Assembly: GCA_046731515.1 (NCBI GenBank)
Contig: JBKPLG010000060.1
Location: forward strand, 5,447-69,446
Length of the DNA stretch: 64,000 nt
Reading direction: 5' to 3'
Source of the DNA: Pseudomonadota bacterium
Lineage (GTDB): Bacteria; Pseudomonadota; Alphaproteobacteria; Sphingomonadales; Sphingomonadaceae
Below the pieces are notes generated by a model. The model was not told where the DNA came from. It made no database searches and saw only the letters and a program-made list of their open reading frames with translations. Of this stretch, positions 61,648-64,000 are shown piece by piece. Made by a program: the position numbers and the translations under genes. How positions within the stretch are numbered: the first letter of the stretch is position 1; each line of letters begins with the position of its first letter.

Positions 61648-62702
61648 TCGCGGATTCGCCGATTCGCAAAGCCATCGCCGCGCTGCGGGCAGGAAGACCG
61701 GTGCGGATTGAGGGCGCCGAGCCGATAGCGATTCTGTCCGTCGAGACGGCAACGCAGGAACTGCTCGACCTGGCCGACTCTAACGGGCAGGCGAAACTGT
61801 TGATCAGCGGCCAGCGCGCGGCTGCTCTGTCTCTTGCCAACGTGCGCGAAGCCGCCGATCCCGGTGAGCCGGTATTGCTCGATCGCGAGCCATGGCTAGA
61901 CGCCCAAACCGCACTGGTGCTCGCAGACCCGGGGCAGGATCTTTCTCGAGGACCGATCGGACCCTTGCATCCCATCGCGTGCGATTTCGCTGAAGCTGCA
62001 AAAGGCGCGCTGTCAGTCGCACGTTTGGCGGGACTCTTGCCGGCGTTGTGGATCATCCACCCGGCAAATGTTGCTGCGTCGGTCTCGGCGGCGGAGATCG
62101 CCCAGGAAGACCGAGCGCCCGAAGTCGAAATCGTCGCTCGCGCGAAGTTGCCGATCGAGGGCATGCCGCATACGCAAATTGTCGCTTTCCGCGCCTCGGA
62201 CGACGGGCAAGACCACATCGCTCTGGTGATCGGCGCGTTCGGTGGGAAGCCGCCCCTGGTTCGGCTGCACAGCGAGTGCCTGACGGGTGACGTGTTCGGC
62301 TCTCTGAAATGCGACTGCGGACCGCAGCTCAAGGAAGCGCTTCAGATCATCGGTTCGGCGGGCGCCGGATTGCTCCTCTACCTGCGCCAGGAAGGCCGCG
62401 GCATCGGTCTTGCGAACAAGCTGCGCGCCTATGCCCTGCAAGATCGCGGCGTCGACACCGTCGATGCCAATCGCCGGCTCGGATTTGCCGACGATGAGCG
62501 GGATTACGGACATGCGGCCGCCATGCTCCGCGCGCTGGGGATCGATCGTGTCCGACTACTGACCAACAATCCGAAAAAGGTGGCGGGGCTAGAGTCGGCA
62601 GGGATCAGCGTTGTCGAGCGCGTCGCTCACCACATGCCCGCCAACCCACACAATGCGGATTATCTTACGGTCAAGCGCAAGAAGAGCGGACACCTAATCT
62701 AA
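61644..62702 (+). CDS. ribA: GTP cyclohydrolase II with an N-terminal RibB-like remnant
   Basis: RLHSECLTGD..GS.KCDCG, QEGRGIGL..K, LLTNNP.K. Confidence 0.93.
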   Translation: MIADSPIRKAIAALRAGRPVRIEGAEPIAILSVETATQELLDLADSNGQAKLLISGQRAAALSLANVREAADPGEPVLLDREPWLDAQTALVLADPGQDLSRGPIGPLHPIACDFAEAAKGALSVARLAGLLPALWIIHPANVAASVSAAEIAQEDRAPEVEIVARAKLPIEGMPHTQIVAFRASDDGQDHIALVIGAFGGKPPLVRLHSECLTGDVFGSLKCDCGPQLKEALQIIGSAGAGLLLYLRQEGRGIGLANKLRAYALQDRGVDTVDANRRLGFADDERDYGHAAAMLRALGIDRVRLLTNNPKKVAGLESAGISVVERVAHHMPANPHNADYLTVKRKKSGHLI

Positions 62703-63365
62703 AATGAGATGTCGCCGAAGCTCCTCGAAGCTGCCGGCTACGTGCCGAACGCCGAGCGCGTGCAGCATATCGGCATGGCCATCGAGGCAGTGCGCGCCTG
62801 CCGCCAATCCGATCACCCGGGCGCCCGAGGCGAGAGCGCCTGTCGCTCCGACCTCGGAATCCTCGATGATCACGCTTCGCTCGATAGGCACGCCCAACTG
62901 CTTGGCGGCGTGGAGATAGAGGTCGGGTGCGGGCTTGCCACGTTCGACATGCTCCCGACCGCTATAGACGTGTTCGCCGAATTGATCGGCGAGTCCGAGA
63001 TTGCGGAGATGTCCCCGGATCCAGCGAGTGGAACTGGACGAAGCCACGGCCCTTGGAAGATCGGACGGCAAGGCGCGGACGAAGTCCACTGCCCCGATGA
63101 CGGCAGCTACGCCTTCGCGCAGCGCGCGGATCCCTTGTTCCTTGCGAAGCTCTGCGAACTCCGGCGGTAGCACTCCACCGATGCGCGCTTCTATCGCTTC
63201 AATGAACTGCTGGCCGCTGAGGCCGACATAATGTTTCAAAGCCTCCTCAACGCTGGTGCGGTGTCCAAGGTCAGTCAAAAGTTGAGCGAGCTGACGGTTG
63301 CCCTCGAACTCGCTTTCGAGGAGCACCCCGTCGAAATCGAAGATGATCGCGTCAAAATCGCGCAT
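62694..63365 (-). CDS. HAD family phosphatase
   Basis: FDFDGVL, ASSS, KPAPD, IEDS. Confidence 0.92.
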   Translation of the reverse strand: MRDFDAIIFDFDGVLLESEFEGNRQLAQLLTDLGHRTSVEEALKHYVGLSGQQFIEAIEARIGGVLPPEFAELRKEQGIRALREGVAAVIGAVDFVRALPSDLPRAVASSSSTRWIRGHLRNLGLADQFGEHVYSGREHVERGKPAPDLYLHAAKQLGVPIERSVIIEDSEVGATGALASGARVIGLAAGAHCLDGHADMLHALGVRHVAGSFEELRRHLILD

Positions 63366-64000
63366 CAGTCTTCGAACAGGGCAGTGCCGATCCGTACGGC
63401 AGTCGCGCCGAGCATCACTGCGGCCTTGAAATCATTGGACATTCCCATACTGAGACCTGCGACGTCATGACGCCGCGCGAGCTTCTCCAGCAAGGCGAAA
63501 TAGGGGCCGGGTTCCAGCCCGAACGGTGGGATCGCCATTAGGCCGGCAAGCGGAAGCGGGGAGGCGCGCACTGCGGCCACGAGCTTACCGACATCACCAA
63601 TGGCACAGCCGCCCTTTTGCTCCTCCTCTCCTACATTGACTTGGACGTAGACGGCGGGCGCTCGGTCGTGCCGCTCAGCCTCCTTGACGAGCGCTTCTAA
63701 AAGCGAAGTTCGATCGAGCGAATGGATCACGTCGAACATCCGCATTGCGTCCGCGGATTTGTTCGACTGCAGCCGTCCGATCGCGTGCAGCCGAACGTCG
63801 GGGTAGCGCGCGAGGAGTGAAGGCCATTTCGCGAGGGCCTCCTGCACCCGGTTTTCACCGAAGTCGCGCTGTCCCGCCGCGATCAGCTCCTCAATTTGCG
63901 GGGCGGGGCGGCCCTTGCTCACGGCAACCAGCTGAATGTCATTCGAATCGCGTCGAGCAAGCCTCGCGGCAGCCGCGATGCTGTCGAGAATTCGCTCGCG
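63365..64000 (-). CDS. yggS: YggS/PLP homeostasis protein (5' end outside the window)
   Basis: LVAVSK, FGENRVQE, IG.LQSNK, LSMGMS.D, VRIGTALF. Confidence 0.93.
   Translation of the reverse strand, partial: RERILDSIAAAARLARRDSNDIQLVAVSKGRPAPQIEELIAAGQRDFGENRVQEALAKWPSLLARYPDVRLHAIGRLQSNKSADAMRMFDVIHSLDRTSLLEALVKEAERHDRAPAVYVQVNVGEEEQKGGCAIGDVGKLVAAVRASPLPLAGLMAIPPFGLEPGPYFALLEKLARRHDVAGLSMGMSNDFKAAVMLGATAVRIGTALFED

Overview
GC-rich alphaproteobacterial chromosome segment. Gene content and order point to Sphingomonadaceae (inferred). Most of it is housekeeping: Suv3-like helicase-hslR-fdxA, thiC with a TPP riboswitch, Atm1-type ABC exporter, Dcp, tldD, nadB, polA, purH-rpe-rsmB, gpsA-tsaD, hemC-hemD, dps, tRNA-Gly(GCC), cnoX, ftsK-lolA, xth-ribA and partial yggS. 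No integrase, transposase or CRISPR array was seen. The stand-out locus is a co-oriented minus-strand block at 5872-15352. It encodes a 1404-aa autotransporter, a cytoplasmic TPR-sulfotransferase and a cysD/cysNC (NodPQ-type) PAPS synthase, which together are a candidate surface-protein sulfation system. The autotransporter has no Lys in its first 1095 residues and ends after its beta-barrel in P13-EAA-P15-VERGERGQ. An unrelated exported M3 peptidase in the window also ends in a Pro-rich linker plus 'ERG', suggesting a shared periplasmic C-terminal signal. Other candidates are a sigma54/PspF-type satellite operon (35-aa peptide plus pspC), an sRNA between lolA and xth, a doubly frameshifted Tat-exported Cys/His protein, and EcfG-type stress promoters with an unannotated 44-aa ORF. 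All calls come from reading motifs by eye; no searches were run.
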